A stretch of 64,000 nucleotides of DNA from a virus, in IMG/VR virus record IMGVR_UViG_3300043436_003696, positions 1 to 64,000 of that record; one strand, 5' to 3'. The position numbers were made by a program, and so were the translations under genes. Below, piece after piece: positions 1 to 9,119 of the stretch (position 1 is the stretch's first letter; every line of letters starts with the position of its first letter). The notes beneath the pieces were generated by a model. The model searched no databases. It worked only from the letters and a program-made list of their open reading frames with translations, and was not told the origin of the DNA.

Positions 1-233
1 GAAGCGAGCAGTGGAAACTGTTTAAGAACGGCACACAATGGGAAAGCGCAACAATTACGAGCCTCTATACGGGGGTTAATAGTGCTATAGGTTCGTTGAA
101 TGGAACTGCATCATTGCTCACATTTGAAGGCACTGTATCAGAATTGATTTCGTTCCCCTCCGTCCTCTCCACCACCAACCGACAAACAATTGAACGTAAC
201 CAAGGGCAATTTTATGGAATCACAATAATTTAA
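1..233 (+). CDS. 3' end of a tail fibre / receptor-binding protein (LamG/concanavalin-like C-terminus), partial
   Basis: Open frame from nt 3 to TAA at 231-233: ...AIGSLNGTASLLTFEGTVSELISFPSVLSTTNRQTIERNQGQFYGITII. This resembles the LamG-type ending (IG...F.G.I.E.I.Y...LS...R..IE). Confidence 0.6.
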   Translation, partial: SEQWKLFKNGTQWESATITSLYTGVNSAIGSLNGTASLLTFEGTVSELISFPSVLSTTNRQTIERNQGQFYGITII

Positions 234-244
234 AACAATAAAAC

Positions 245-505
245 ATGATAACAATCAAACCAACAAGTTTAGGTGTACTAGGTACAGCCGAACAGTTACA
301 AGTAACAGTCCATGGATTTACAACAGATGCAACAACTACTGGTACTTATTGGGTGTTAAAAACAGCCGAAGGTAAACAAATAGCAGAAGGTACTTATTAC
401 CTAACAAAAGATGAATTTGAAGCATGGGGTGCTAATAATGTGTATGTAGAAAATTTAGTATTAAATTTTTTAAACTTAGAAAGAAAATTAATTGAAAATT
501 CATAA
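245..505 (+). CDS. small tail-fibre-associated protein
   Basis: 86-aa ORF directly after the fibre gene; function inferred from position. Confidence 0.5.
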   Translation: MITIKPTSLGVLGTAEQLQVTVHGFTTDATTTGTYWVLKTAEGKQIAEGTYYLTKDEFEAWGANNVYVENLVLNFLNLERKLIENS

Positions 506-575
506 AAAATTTGGTTTTTACTAATTTTTTTTTGTAAATTAGCATTTTTTTAAATTTAACCTTAATTAAAATTTT

Positions 576-1058
576 ATGTCAAGTAACTCACAAAAACAAG
601 AAAACACAAAAAGTAAAAATGGTTTTGAAATAGATATTAAAACCTTAGCTAGTAAAAAACAATTAGTTATCTCTATTATAGGTACAGATAAAATTGAAAA
701 CGAAATAAAAGATAAAAAAACTTATTTTGTTAAAAAGTTTTTACAACAATATAATTTAGCTACAGAAAAAGAAATTAAAGACAATTCAAGTAATTTTGAA
801 AAAGAAAAAGAAGAACTTTTTTTTGAAACTGCTGTTGAAAATAAAGATGGATTATTAACTTACACAGATAATATTCCAAATACAAATAAAGAACAAGGTA
901 AAATACGTTCACGTAAACTTCATGAACTTGTTGAAAAATCTAACACTTCACTAGAAAGTAAAAAAGTATGGTTTGAACCTGTTATTTGTAAAGAAGAAAA
1001 AATACTTAATACTATTGACGAATTTACAAAAGAAGAATTAAAAGGGTATTTATTTTAA
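576..1058 (+). CDS. hypothetical protein
   Basis: 160-aa ORF in the late operon. Confidence 0.6.
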   Translation: MSSNSQKQENTKSKNGFEIDIKTLASKKQLVISIIGTDKIENEIKDKKTYFVKKFLQQYNLATEKEIKDNSSNFEKEKEELFFETAVENKDGLLTYTDNIPNTNKEQGKIRSRKLHELVEKSNTSLESKKVWFEPVICKEEKILNTIDEFTKEELKGYLF

Positions 1059-1078
1059 TCATTAAAACAATTGTTATA

Positions 1079-1471
1079 ATGCCATTAACTAAACATGAAA
1101 AACAAGAAATAGTTGATGAAGTTTATAAAAAACTTCAGCCTGAACTAGAAAATTTTAAAAACAATGTTTCAACACAAATTAAAAGTATTTATTCAGAATT
1201 AATAAATAATTCTGTAGATGCTAAAACAAATTATAGTAAATTAGATAAAAAACTAGATAATTTATTATTTACTTTAGTAGGTAATGATTTAGACAACGAA
1301 AATTCTCTTTTTGCAAGATTTAAACGAGTTGAATCATTTTTAAATATTATTAAAGAAAAAAAAGCTTTTATTATAGGTTCTTGGGCTGGCATTACTACAA
1401 TTGTAGGTATTGTAATAGGTGCATTATACTTTATAATGCAAATTGTTAATTTTTTAAAAAATACTAAATAA
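1079..1471 (+). CDS. membrane protein of the lysis cassette (holin/antiholin-like)
   Basis: Coiled-coil N-terminus and one C-terminal TM helix (FIIGSWAGITTIVGIVIGALYFIMQIV); lies upstream of the endolysin. Confidence 0.5.
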   Translation: MPLTKHEKQEIVDEVYKKLQPELENFKNNVSTQIKSIYSELINNSVDAKTNYSKLDKKLDNLLFTLVGNDLDNENSLFARFKRVESFLNIIKEKKAFIIGSWAGITTIVGIVIGALYFIMQIVNFLKNTK

Positions 1472-1779
1472 TGTTTGATTTTTCAAAATTTAATTGGAAA
1501 GAAGCTACTTCAAACAAAAACGGTAAATCTTCAGTAGGATTATTTATTTGTTTTTGGTATGCTGCATCTTTAATATTTTTAACTGTTATTTCTGGTATAA
1601 CTTACTTTATTAAATGGATTGATAAAAATTCTATTAATAATATTTTATTATTTGTAGGTGTTCAGATGCCTATTGTTTTAACTTATTTATTTGGAAGGTC
1701 TACAATAGAAAATACTACTAAAACAACTACAACAGAAATTGGTAATAACGATTTAAATTATAAAGAAATTAAAGAATAA
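1471..1779 (+). CDS. putative holin
   Basis: 102 aa with two TM segments and a hydrophilic C-tail, immediately upstream of the endolysin. Confidence 0.55.
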   Translation: MFDFSKFNWKEATSNKNGKSSVGLFICFWYAASLIFLTVISGITYFIKWIDKNSINNILLFVGVQMPIVLTYLFGRSTIENTTKTTTTEIGNNDLNYKEIKE

Positions 1780-1783
1780 TAAT

Positions 1784-2221
1784 ATGGAATTAAATGTAAA
1801 ACGTATTTGGAATAATGAAAAAAAACTTTATTGTGGCGGTAAATGGTTTGTTAACGGTAAATTTTTTGCATTTTCTATTGAAGATTTTGATAGAGGGTTA
1901 GACCAAACAATGCAACTTAATGAAATTGCTAAAATTAAAGTACATGGAAAAACAGCTATACCTAAAGGTAGGTATGAAATTACTATGACTTATAGTAATA
2001 GATTTAAAAGATTTATGACTTATATCGTAAATGTAAAAGGTTTTGAAGGTGTTCGTATTCATGTTGCAAATACAGCTAAAAACGTAGAAGGTTGTATTGG
2101 TGTAGCTTATGAAGATTCTTCTGATGGATTTGCTGGTGATAGTGCTAAAGCAGCAACTAAATTAGAAAAAGATATTGAACTAGCTTTAAAGAAAGAAAAA
2201 GTATGGTTAACAATAGAATAA
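1784..2221 (+). CDS. DUF5675-family putative endolysin (L,D-transpeptidase-like)
   Basis: Motifs TAIPKGRYEITMTYSNRF and GVRIHVAN...EGCIGV with the His/Cys pair. Confidence 0.8.
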   Translation: MELNVKRIWNNEKKLYCGGKWFVNGKFFAFSIEDFDRGLDQTMQLNEIAKIKVHGKTAIPKGRYEITMTYSNRFKRFMTYIVNVKGFEGVRIHVANTAKNVEGCIGVAYEDSSDGFAGDSAKAATKLEKDIELALKKEKVWLTIE

Positions 2222-2553
2222 TTTATTTATTAGGGTTGTTGTTAATAACAACAACTTTTTTTGTTTGTATACTAGGTTATTTTTACCATAAAAATAAATT
2301 ACTAGAGGTAGAAAAAAATATTTTAAAATCTACTATACAGTTACAAGCAGAAGAAACTGTTAAAAAAACAGAACTTAAAATAGATTCATTAACTAATGAA
2401 ATAGTCAAAAACCAAAAAACAATTATAAATAACACTTTTATTTATGAACAAAAAAGTAAAAATATTGGTAGTTTGGATAGTAATGCTACTGACAGTTTAT
2501 ATAGAAGTAACCTTTGGTCAGCCTACTTTAAATACCAACAATATATCAAATAA
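2203..2553 (+). CDS. putative inner-membrane spanin-like protein
   Basis: N-terminal TM helix plus coiled coil; follows the endolysin and overlaps the next ORF. Confidence 0.45.
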   Translation: MVNNRIIYLLGLLLITTTFFVCILGYFYHKNKLLEVEKNILKSTIQLQAEETVKKTELKIDSLTNEIVKNQKTIINNTFIYEQKSKNIGSLDSNATDSLYRSNLWSAYFKYQQYIK

Positions 2554-2863
2554 TGACAAAAAGATTTGGAATTTAGTATATAATAAAAATAATCAAATGG
2601 AACAAGAAATAAAACAAAAGGATTCTTTATCTGTTTTATTTGCTGCAAAGATAAAAATGTTAGATACTTTAACAATAAACCAAAAACTTATTATAAAAGA
2701 ACAAGAAAATACTAATAAAGTATTAACAGACAAAAAAAATAGTTTAGAAAAAACTGTTGAAAAAAAGAATAACAAAATAAATTTTTTAACAAGTTTAATA
2801 ATAACTGTTAGTACTGTAGCTACTATTGAAACCATTATATTAATAGCATTAATTACAAAATAA
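2444..2863 (+). CDS. putative second spanin-like protein (signal/TM, coiled coil, C-terminal TM)
   Basis: Overlaps the previous ORF by 110 nt in another frame, as in Rz/Rz1 layouts; contains no lipobox Cys. Confidence 0.4.
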   Translation: MNKKVKILVVWIVMLLTVYIEVTFGQPTLNTNNISNNDKKIWNLVYNKNNQMEQEIKQKDSLSVLFAAKIKMLDTLTINQKLIIKEQENTNKVLTDKKNSLEKTVEKKNNKINFLTSLIITVSTVATIETIILIALITK

Positions 2864-2992
2864 AACTATGGCACTATTAAAAAAATTAAAACAAATAGTA
2901 AGTAAAGTTTCAAAATTTAAAATAGAATCTATAAATTTACTTGAAAGTTTAATAGACACTATTAATACAAATGCAAGTAATAACAGTATAAA

Positions 2993-3631
2993 ATGTATTT
3001 AAATAAATATGTAGACACATTAGCTGCTTTAGCTAAAAAACCTTTTGACTATCCAACAAAATTAATAATTAAAGGGTTTATTATTACAGCTAGACAAGCT
3101 TTAGTAAGACAGCAGTATGAAAAAACTGGGTTGTTTCCAAGTAATTCAACAGCTAGTTTTTGCCAACCATTAGAATTAAAATCTAGTAGTGAATGTTGTG
3201 GTATTGATTTAAGTTGTAATTTACCAACAACTGTTAATCAAATACCTGTTCCTATTGAAGTTAAAGATGAAGTTAATTTTTTATTTATTGGGGAATTAAC
3301 TGGTATAAAACCATTTAATTATATTAAACCGTCTGAAATTCAATATGTTAAACATAGAAAATTTAGTAATAAAGAAATTTACTACACTTGGATAAATAGA
3401 CGTATTGTTATTATTAATAAACCTAGTTTAGAAAAAATTAAATTACGTTATATACCTGCTGACCCCACTGAATTAAGTGCAATATTAGATTGTGATAATA
3501 AACCATGTTGGGATTTAGAAGAAGACATTTTTATTGAAGGTCATTGGGAAGATACTATTACTAAAATGGTAATACCTAAATTAAATACTTTACTTAATAC
3601 TCAAATTTCTGTAGATGCCGAAAACAATTAA
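2993..3631 (+). CDS. crAss-like tail ring/structural protein
   Basis: Cys-containing 212-aa ORF (ADPTEL...CWD...IE C-terminus) at the start of the ring/IHF/Ttub/Tstab block; assigned mainly by synteny. Confidence 0.55.
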   Translation: MYLNKYVDTLAALAKKPFDYPTKLIIKGFIITARQALVRQQYEKTGLFPSNSTASFCQPLELKSSSECCGIDLSCNLPTTVNQIPVPIEVKDEVNFLFIGELTGIKPFNYIKPSEIQYVKHRKFSNKEIYYTWINRRIVIINKPSLEKIKLRYIPADPTELSAILDCDNKPCWDLEEDIFIEGHWEDTITKMVIPKLNTLLNTQISVDAENN

Positions 3632-4181
3632 TTTTAACACACCTGATTTTATAAAAAATTATTTAATTAGTAATAATCAAAAAGTTACTACAACTAAATT
3701 ATTTAAACTAGGTAAAATATTAAACGATTTAAATGATTTAATGTTAGATGAAATAATATTAAATAATTACCCACTACGAGTGGGTAATGCTGTTTATATT
3801 AAACTAGTTAGAAAAGAAAGAAATTTTGATAAATTAGTTCCTAACTGGGGAGAAAGTAATAAATTAAAAAAACAGATTATTGAGCGTGGAGAAAAACCAG
3901 CTTCTAAAATTGGTACATCTCCTAATGGAAATCCTATTTTTGACGATGGTAAAAAATGGATGGTGTTTTTTATAGATGACTTTTATTTAACAATACAAAA
4001 AATATATACTTACGAAAAAATAAGTGAAACTAAATATAAAAAACTAGTACCAAATTCTATTTTTTGGAAATTTGATGTATCTAGTGAAGCATTTGGTAGA
4101 CTTACTAACTACGTTAATACAAATAAAATTAATAAATTAACTGTACCTTTATATGAGCGAAACAAAAACTATATCTTGTAA
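3615..4181 (+). CDS. crAss-like IHF/HU-related protein
   Basis: Basic 188-aa ORF with PNWGES.K and W.VFF.DD motifs, between the ring and tail-tubular genes as in crAss-like phages. Confidence 0.5.
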   Translation: MPKTINFNTPDFIKNYLISNNQKVTTTKLFKLGKILNDLNDLMLDEIILNNYPLRVGNAVYIKLVRKERNFDKLVPNWGESNKLKKQIIERGEKPASKIGTSPNGNPIFDDGKKWMVFFIDDFYLTIQKIYTYEKISETKYKKLVPNSIFWKFDVSSEAFGRLTNYVNTNKINKLTVPLYERNKNYIL

Positions 4182-5070
4182 ATACTCTTTTCAAAGATTG
4201 TTAGCTAACCATAATATTCTTCATAGTAATGAAGAAGCTAATATGATTGATTGGGTTGGTCAAGCAATGCGATTTATTGGTAAACATGCTGGTTTTACAA
4301 CTAATATTTGTACTAATGTTTATGTAGATAATTATCATACTTGTTATCCTTTAGGTACAGAAGGTATTATTGCTATAATGTATAAAAATCAATTATTACC
4401 TTTAGGTAGCGATATTTCTGGAATTGGTTATGAAAAAAAACTAGATAAAAATCCTGACAATCTTAAAATATTAGAACAAGAAACTATTTTAGAAATTAAT
4501 GGATTGTTAAAACAACAAAAAGAATTAGTAGATATGTATGCTATGACACCAACTGATGAAATAGCTGAAAAAATAGAATACATATCTGGTAGAATAAATG
4601 CTTTAGAAGTTTATAGTTCTACTTTAAATATATATCAAGTTGGTAGAGGAACTCTTAATGCTACTAATGGAGAATTTTGGAACAGTAAATTAGATTTAAT
4701 TCAAACATCTTTTGAAAGAGGTTATATAGATATTGTTTACACAAGCTTTCCTATAGATGAAGAAGGTTATCCTTTTATAATTGATAATGAATACTATATT
4801 CAAGCAATTGAATGGTATATAATTTTAATGCTTATACAAAAAGGTTACAAGCATCCTATATTTGATTGGAAAACAGCTTATGCAATGTTTTGGGGAAATA
4901 CTCAATTAGGAGAATCTGGATGGAAAGCTAAAGCAGCTAATAATGTTCGTATACCATCTTTACAAGATGCTGAAAGATTTACTAGAATGTGGGAACAATT
5001 TAGAACTAGAAGAAATTTACCATTACAATTATTTAATAGAACTGAACAAGTATTTGGTCAAATGTATTAA
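4153..5070 (+). CDS. tail tubular/ring protein (crAss Ttub-like)
   Basis: Motifs IDWVGQAMRFIG and IQTSFERGYIDIVYTSFPIDEEGYPFIIDN..YIQAIEWYI. Confidence 0.7.
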   Translation: MSETKTISCKYSFQRLLANHNILHSNEEANMIDWVGQAMRFIGKHAGFTTNICTNVYVDNYHTCYPLGTEGIIAIMYKNQLLPLGSDISGIGYEKKLDKNPDNLKILEQETILEINGLLKQQKELVDMYAMTPTDEIAEKIEYISGRINALEVYSSTLNIYQVGRGTLNATNGEFWNSKLDLIQTSFERGYIDIVYTSFPIDEEGYPFIIDNEYYIQAIEWYIILMLIQKGYKHPIFDWKTAYAMFWGNTQLGESGWKAKAANNVRIPSLQDAERFTRMWEQFRTRRNLPLQLFNRTEQVFGQMY

Positions 5071-5072
5071 TT

Positions 5073-8000
5073 ATGAAAATAAAAGGAATAAATAGAAATA
5101 TTACCCCAGATGAATTACCAGAAGGATTTGTTTTAAATAATAAAAATGTTGTTTATTCTCAACAATTAAATGCTGTTGTTAATGAAAATGGATTTTTAGT
5201 TCACCAAAAAAGAAATACTGCTTCTAATCAAAAATATGGGTTAATTGAAATTAATTTAAGTGGTATTATTTATATATTAAAACCAATTGGTTGTAAACAA
5301 ATAGATAATAATGCGCTATTAATTTGGTCATGTGGTTTTGAAAAAACATATGTTAATAACGCTTCTTTAGAAGTAAAGATAGCTGAAATAGGTATTATCA
5401 CTAAAGAAGGTGAATATGTATCTTATATTAGAGATATTAATAATGAACTTGAATTTAATCCTAATTATCCTATTGTAGGAGAATTTGATTACAATTATAA
5501 AAACGAACTTATTACAGCATTTACTGATAAAAACTCTTCTCCTAAATTAGTTAATTTAACTTTTTATAAAAACAATCCTAATTTATTTCAAATAAATGAT
5601 TGTTTAATGTTTCCTAATAAATCAGATGTTAATTGTACAATACAATACAATAATACTGGTGGAGCTTTATATAGTGGAAGTTATTTTGCTGTTTTTAAAT
5701 ATAAGAAAAAAGACGGCAGTGATACAAATTACGGTATTACTAAAAATCCTATTATAATTTACGCTGATAATTTTGATACTAGTAATATTACAGCTTCACA
5801 AGGTTCTGCTCCAAATACATTAACTTCTAAATCTATTACTTTTTATATAACAGATGTAGATACTACATTTGATTATTTAACTTTATCTGTAATAAAATGT
5901 ATTAACAATCAATTTATAGCAGAAGAAGTTGTGGATATTCCTATAATAGGTAATACATTAACTTATTTATATACAGGTAATGAAAAAACTACTGCTTTAA
6001 CTGTTGCAGAAATACTAACACCAAGAGCTGTTTATAGTAAATTAGGTAAATTAACAACAGTATCTAAAAGATTATATGCTATGAGTGGTGAACAATTTGA
6101 TTTTGATTACCAACCATACGCAAATAATATTAAAGTAAAATGGACTAGTAAATTAAAAAGTCCATTTAGTAATGGACAGGACAGCCCTAAATATCAAACA
6201 GATAGATTTACAGAAAAATCTTTTCAACATAGAGAAGTATATTCTTTAAATATTCATTTAATATTAGATGGTGGTGTTATAACAAGAGGTTTTCATATAC
6301 CGGGATTAGAACCTAATTCTGGTAATAAATTATTATCTACTATTGCTCAACCAGAAGGTGTTATAGGTAAAATATTTCAAGTAGAAGATACTTGTACTGT
6401 ATCTCCTACAACAAATAATCCTACAGGAGAATCTAAAGGGTTATGCGGTCAATGGGAAAATGATAATGAAAAATATCCTAATTTAGATGCTTTTGATATT
6501 TATGATGTAGATGTAAATGGTGAAACTTCTGTTATAGGTTCATTAAAAAATAAAAATGTAAGACATCATAAAATGCCATCTATTAGATGGATGAAAAATA
6601 ACATATATTCTACTATTCCAGATTATGGTAGAAGTTTTTTAGATTGTTTAGGATTAGAGTTTACAGATATTAAATTTCCAAAAGAATTACTACCTAAAAT
6701 AAAAGGTTATGTAATTTCTTATGGTGAAAGAACTGGCAAAAACAATACAATCATTGGTCAATCAATGTTTGTAAATGCAGCTTATTCTCAAGGAACTTCT
6801 GGTTTATCTTTTGGTAGTAATGGAGTTAATTGTACAGCATATCAATTTAATAATACTCAAAGCAATTTTTGTGTTACTGATATAATTAGATTTTATGATT
6901 CTAATTTGCTTAAAAATAAAATTGCTTTTAATAACGGTTATTTAATACAAGAATTATATACTCAAAATAAACCTATTTTATTTTATGAAAATAAAAATGG
7001 TTCTGGTTCTATAAATAATATACAAACATACGGTTTGAATTTTACTGAAACTACAAGAACAAATGTTTTTAATACTGTTGGTAATTCAGAAATTTATAGA
7101 GGAATTGCTTTTAATTTATATGTAAATAGTCAAATTATTGCTAATAAATCTGGGTTAGAATTTGATAATAGATATTTAGAAGATACTTTAATTTGTAAAT
7201 TAAATAGAGGATTACCAACTTTAACTGCAAATGCTAGATTTGATACTAGTAATGAAAGTTTAAATAATAAAAATATTCAATATTATTTATCTACATTAGC
7301 TATTATTAATTATAATCCGTATTCTAATTTTTATGCCCAAAAACCTGTTTCTACAGGAGTAATAAATCCTATAATAGGTTTTGTAAATAATTCATGTAAA
7401 ACATATTCTGGAGATACTTATATTACATATAATACTTTTAACACTTTAGGTTGGGGTGCTAGTCAATCAACAGTAGGTACTGGTACTTATGATGAATTTA
7501 AAGGTATAAGAACTTTTCATACTTTTTTATGTGAATCCACATTACCTTTAGATTTAAGAACTATTACTGATTCAGATGTTAATCAAAGGTATTTTCCTAG
7601 ATATGGTGCTAATTTATTAAGAGATTTAAATAATAGATGGAATGTTACATGTAATTTTTGGGATGATAGTATTTTAAAAATAAATAATTTAACTCCTTTA
7701 ATATTAAACAATCCTTATCAAGAAAATTTTTCTAAATTTGATTTTAGAATATTTAGAAGTAGTCCATTGTCTAAAGAATCATTAAGTAACAATTGGTCTA
7801 TATGGTTAACAAACGATTATTATGAAGCAAATAAAAACAAAGGTAAGCTTACTAATATACAAGGTGCTGATAGGAATTTATACATACAAACTAGACAAGC
7901 TTCGTATTATACTACAGGTAATGAGCAATTAAATACTGATGAAGTTACAGCTTTTGTAGGTGTTGGTAATATATTTGAAAGAGAGCCAATTGAAATATTA

Positions 8001-9119
8001 CCATCTGAAGAAGGTACAGTAGGAACTCAAAATATGTTTTCTTCTGTATTAACTAAATATGGTTTATTAACAATAGATAGAGAAAACGGTTTTATTTGGT
8101 TATTAAATGGTTCAGAAGCTACTAATATTAGTAAAGGATTACAAACGTGGTTTAAGCAAAATTTAGACTATTCTCTTGAACGTATAGAATTTCAAGAAGA
8201 CAATCCCCTTAGTTTATTCGGTTTTACGGCAGCTTATGATTGGTTTAGTGATAGATTAATTATAGCTAAAAAGTTTTATAAGCTAACTAATACAGCTATT
8301 TCTTTATTAGAACAATCTTCAAACATATATCCTAATTTACGTTATGTAAATGGTAGATTTATTTATGCTACAAGTTCAATTAAAAAAGAAGTAGTGTTGT
8401 TTGATAATGAAGCTTTCTTTATTAATAAAAGTTGGACTTATTCTTATTCTTTTATAACACAAGAATGGTTTTCTGAACATGATTATTTACCAGATTTTTT
8501 AGTTAATACTAGAAATTTACTTTTATCATTTAAAGATAACTTTATTTACAATAATAATAATTTAAATAATAAAGCAATTTATTATAACACTACATTAAAA
8601 GATATTGATTCTGTAAACCCTGAATTAGGGCAACCATATATTTCTTATATAATACCTATATTTAATTTTAATACTAAAGATTCTAAAATATTTACAGCAT
8701 TATCTTGGTTAGCTAAAGTATTTAAAAAGCAAGTATATCAACAACAAAATACTTTTACTTCTATATTAATATGGAATGATTATCAAACTACTGGAGAAGT
8801 AGGTTTAATTAATTTTAATTTTGATAATTATTTTAACTCTAATACTAGAAATATTAAAGATACATGGATGTTTAATCATTTAAGAGATTTACTACGTGAA
8901 GATTACTTATCTACAGAAACAGAACCTTTTATATTAAATTATGACGTTAATACAGATTTATCACCTATTGATACTAATAAACCTTTTGAAAAAAGAAGAC
9001 CTTTAATAGATAAATATTTAGCTGTAAAACTTTTGCATGATAACAAAATAAATGGTATATTGCAAAATGAAATCCGAATAGAAGATGTTTCTAGTAAAGG
9101 TCAAATAGTTGAAAGATAA
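5073..9119 (+). CDS. tail stabilisation / muzzle protein (crAss Tstab-like)
   Basis: 1348-aa beta-rich protein: KGINRNITP N-terminus, SFQHREVY, VRHHKMP, KSWTYSYSF...WFSEHDYLPD. Confidence 0.75.
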   Translation: MKIKGINRNITPDELPEGFVLNNKNVVYSQQLNAVVNENGFLVHQKRNTASNQKYGLIEINLSGIIYILKPIGCKQIDNNALLIWSCGFEKTYVNNASLEVKIAEIGIITKEGEYVSYIRDINNELEFNPNYPIVGEFDYNYKNELITAFTDKNSSPKLVNLTFYKNNPNLFQINDCLMFPNKSDVNCTIQYNNTGGALYSGSYFAVFKYKKKDGSDTNYGITKNPIIIYADNFDTSNITASQGSAPNTLTSKSITFYITDVDTTFDYLTLSVIKCINNQFIAEEVVDIPIIGNTLTYLYTGNEKTTALTVAEILTPRAVYSKLGKLTTVSKRLYAMSGEQFDFDYQPYANNIKVKWTSKLKSPFSNGQDSPKYQTDRFTEKSFQHREVYSLNIHLILDGGVITRGFHIPGLEPNSGNKLLSTIAQPEGVIGKIFQVEDTCTVSPTTNNPTGESKGLCGQWENDNEKYPNLDAFDIYDVDVNGETSVIGSLKNKNVRHHKMPSIRWMKNNIYSTIPDYGRSFLDCLGLEFTDIKFPKELLPKIKGYVISYGERTGKNNTIIGQSMFVNAAYSQGTSGLSFGSNGVNCTAYQFNNTQSNFCVTDIIRFYDSNLLKNKIAFNNGYLIQELYTQNKPILFYENKNGSGSINNIQTYGLNFTETTRTNVFNTVGNSEIYRGIAFNLYVNSQIIANKSGLEFDNRYLEDTLICKLNRGLPTLTANARFDTSNESLNNKNIQYYLSTLAIINYNPYSNFYAQKPVSTGVINPIIGFVNNSCKTYSGDTYITYNTFNTLGWGASQSTVGTGTYDEFKGIRTFHTFLCESTLPLDLRTITDSDVNQRYFPRYGANLLRDLNNRWNVTCNFWDDSILKINNLTPLILNNPYQENFSKFDFRIFRSSPLSKESLSNNWSIWLTNDYYEANKNKGKLTNIQGADRNLYIQTRQASYYTTGNEQLNTDEVTAFVGVGNIFEREPIEILPSEEGTVGTQNMFSSVLTKYGLLTIDRENGFIWLLNGSEATNISKGLQTWFKQNLDYSLERIEFQEDNPLSLFGFTAAYDWFSDRLIIAKKFYKLTNTAISLLEQSSNIYPNLRYVNGRFIYATSSIKKEVVLFDNEAFFINKSWTYSYSFITQEWFSEHDYLPDFLVNTRNLLLSFKDNFIYNNNNLNNKAIYYNTTLKDIDSVNPELGQPYISYIIPIFNFNTKDSKIFTALSWLAKVFKKQVYQQQNTFTSILIWNDYQTTGEVGLINFNFDNYFNSNTRNIKDTWMFNHLRDLLREDYLSTETEPFILNYDVNTDLSPIDTNKPFEKRRPLIDKYLAVKLLHDNKINGILQNEIRIEDVSSKGQIVER

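Noticed and set aside
2868-3002. 44-aa ORF MALLKKLKQ... before the ring protein
   Set aside because: It may be real, but it is short, motif-free and overlaps the next gene, so support is insufficient.
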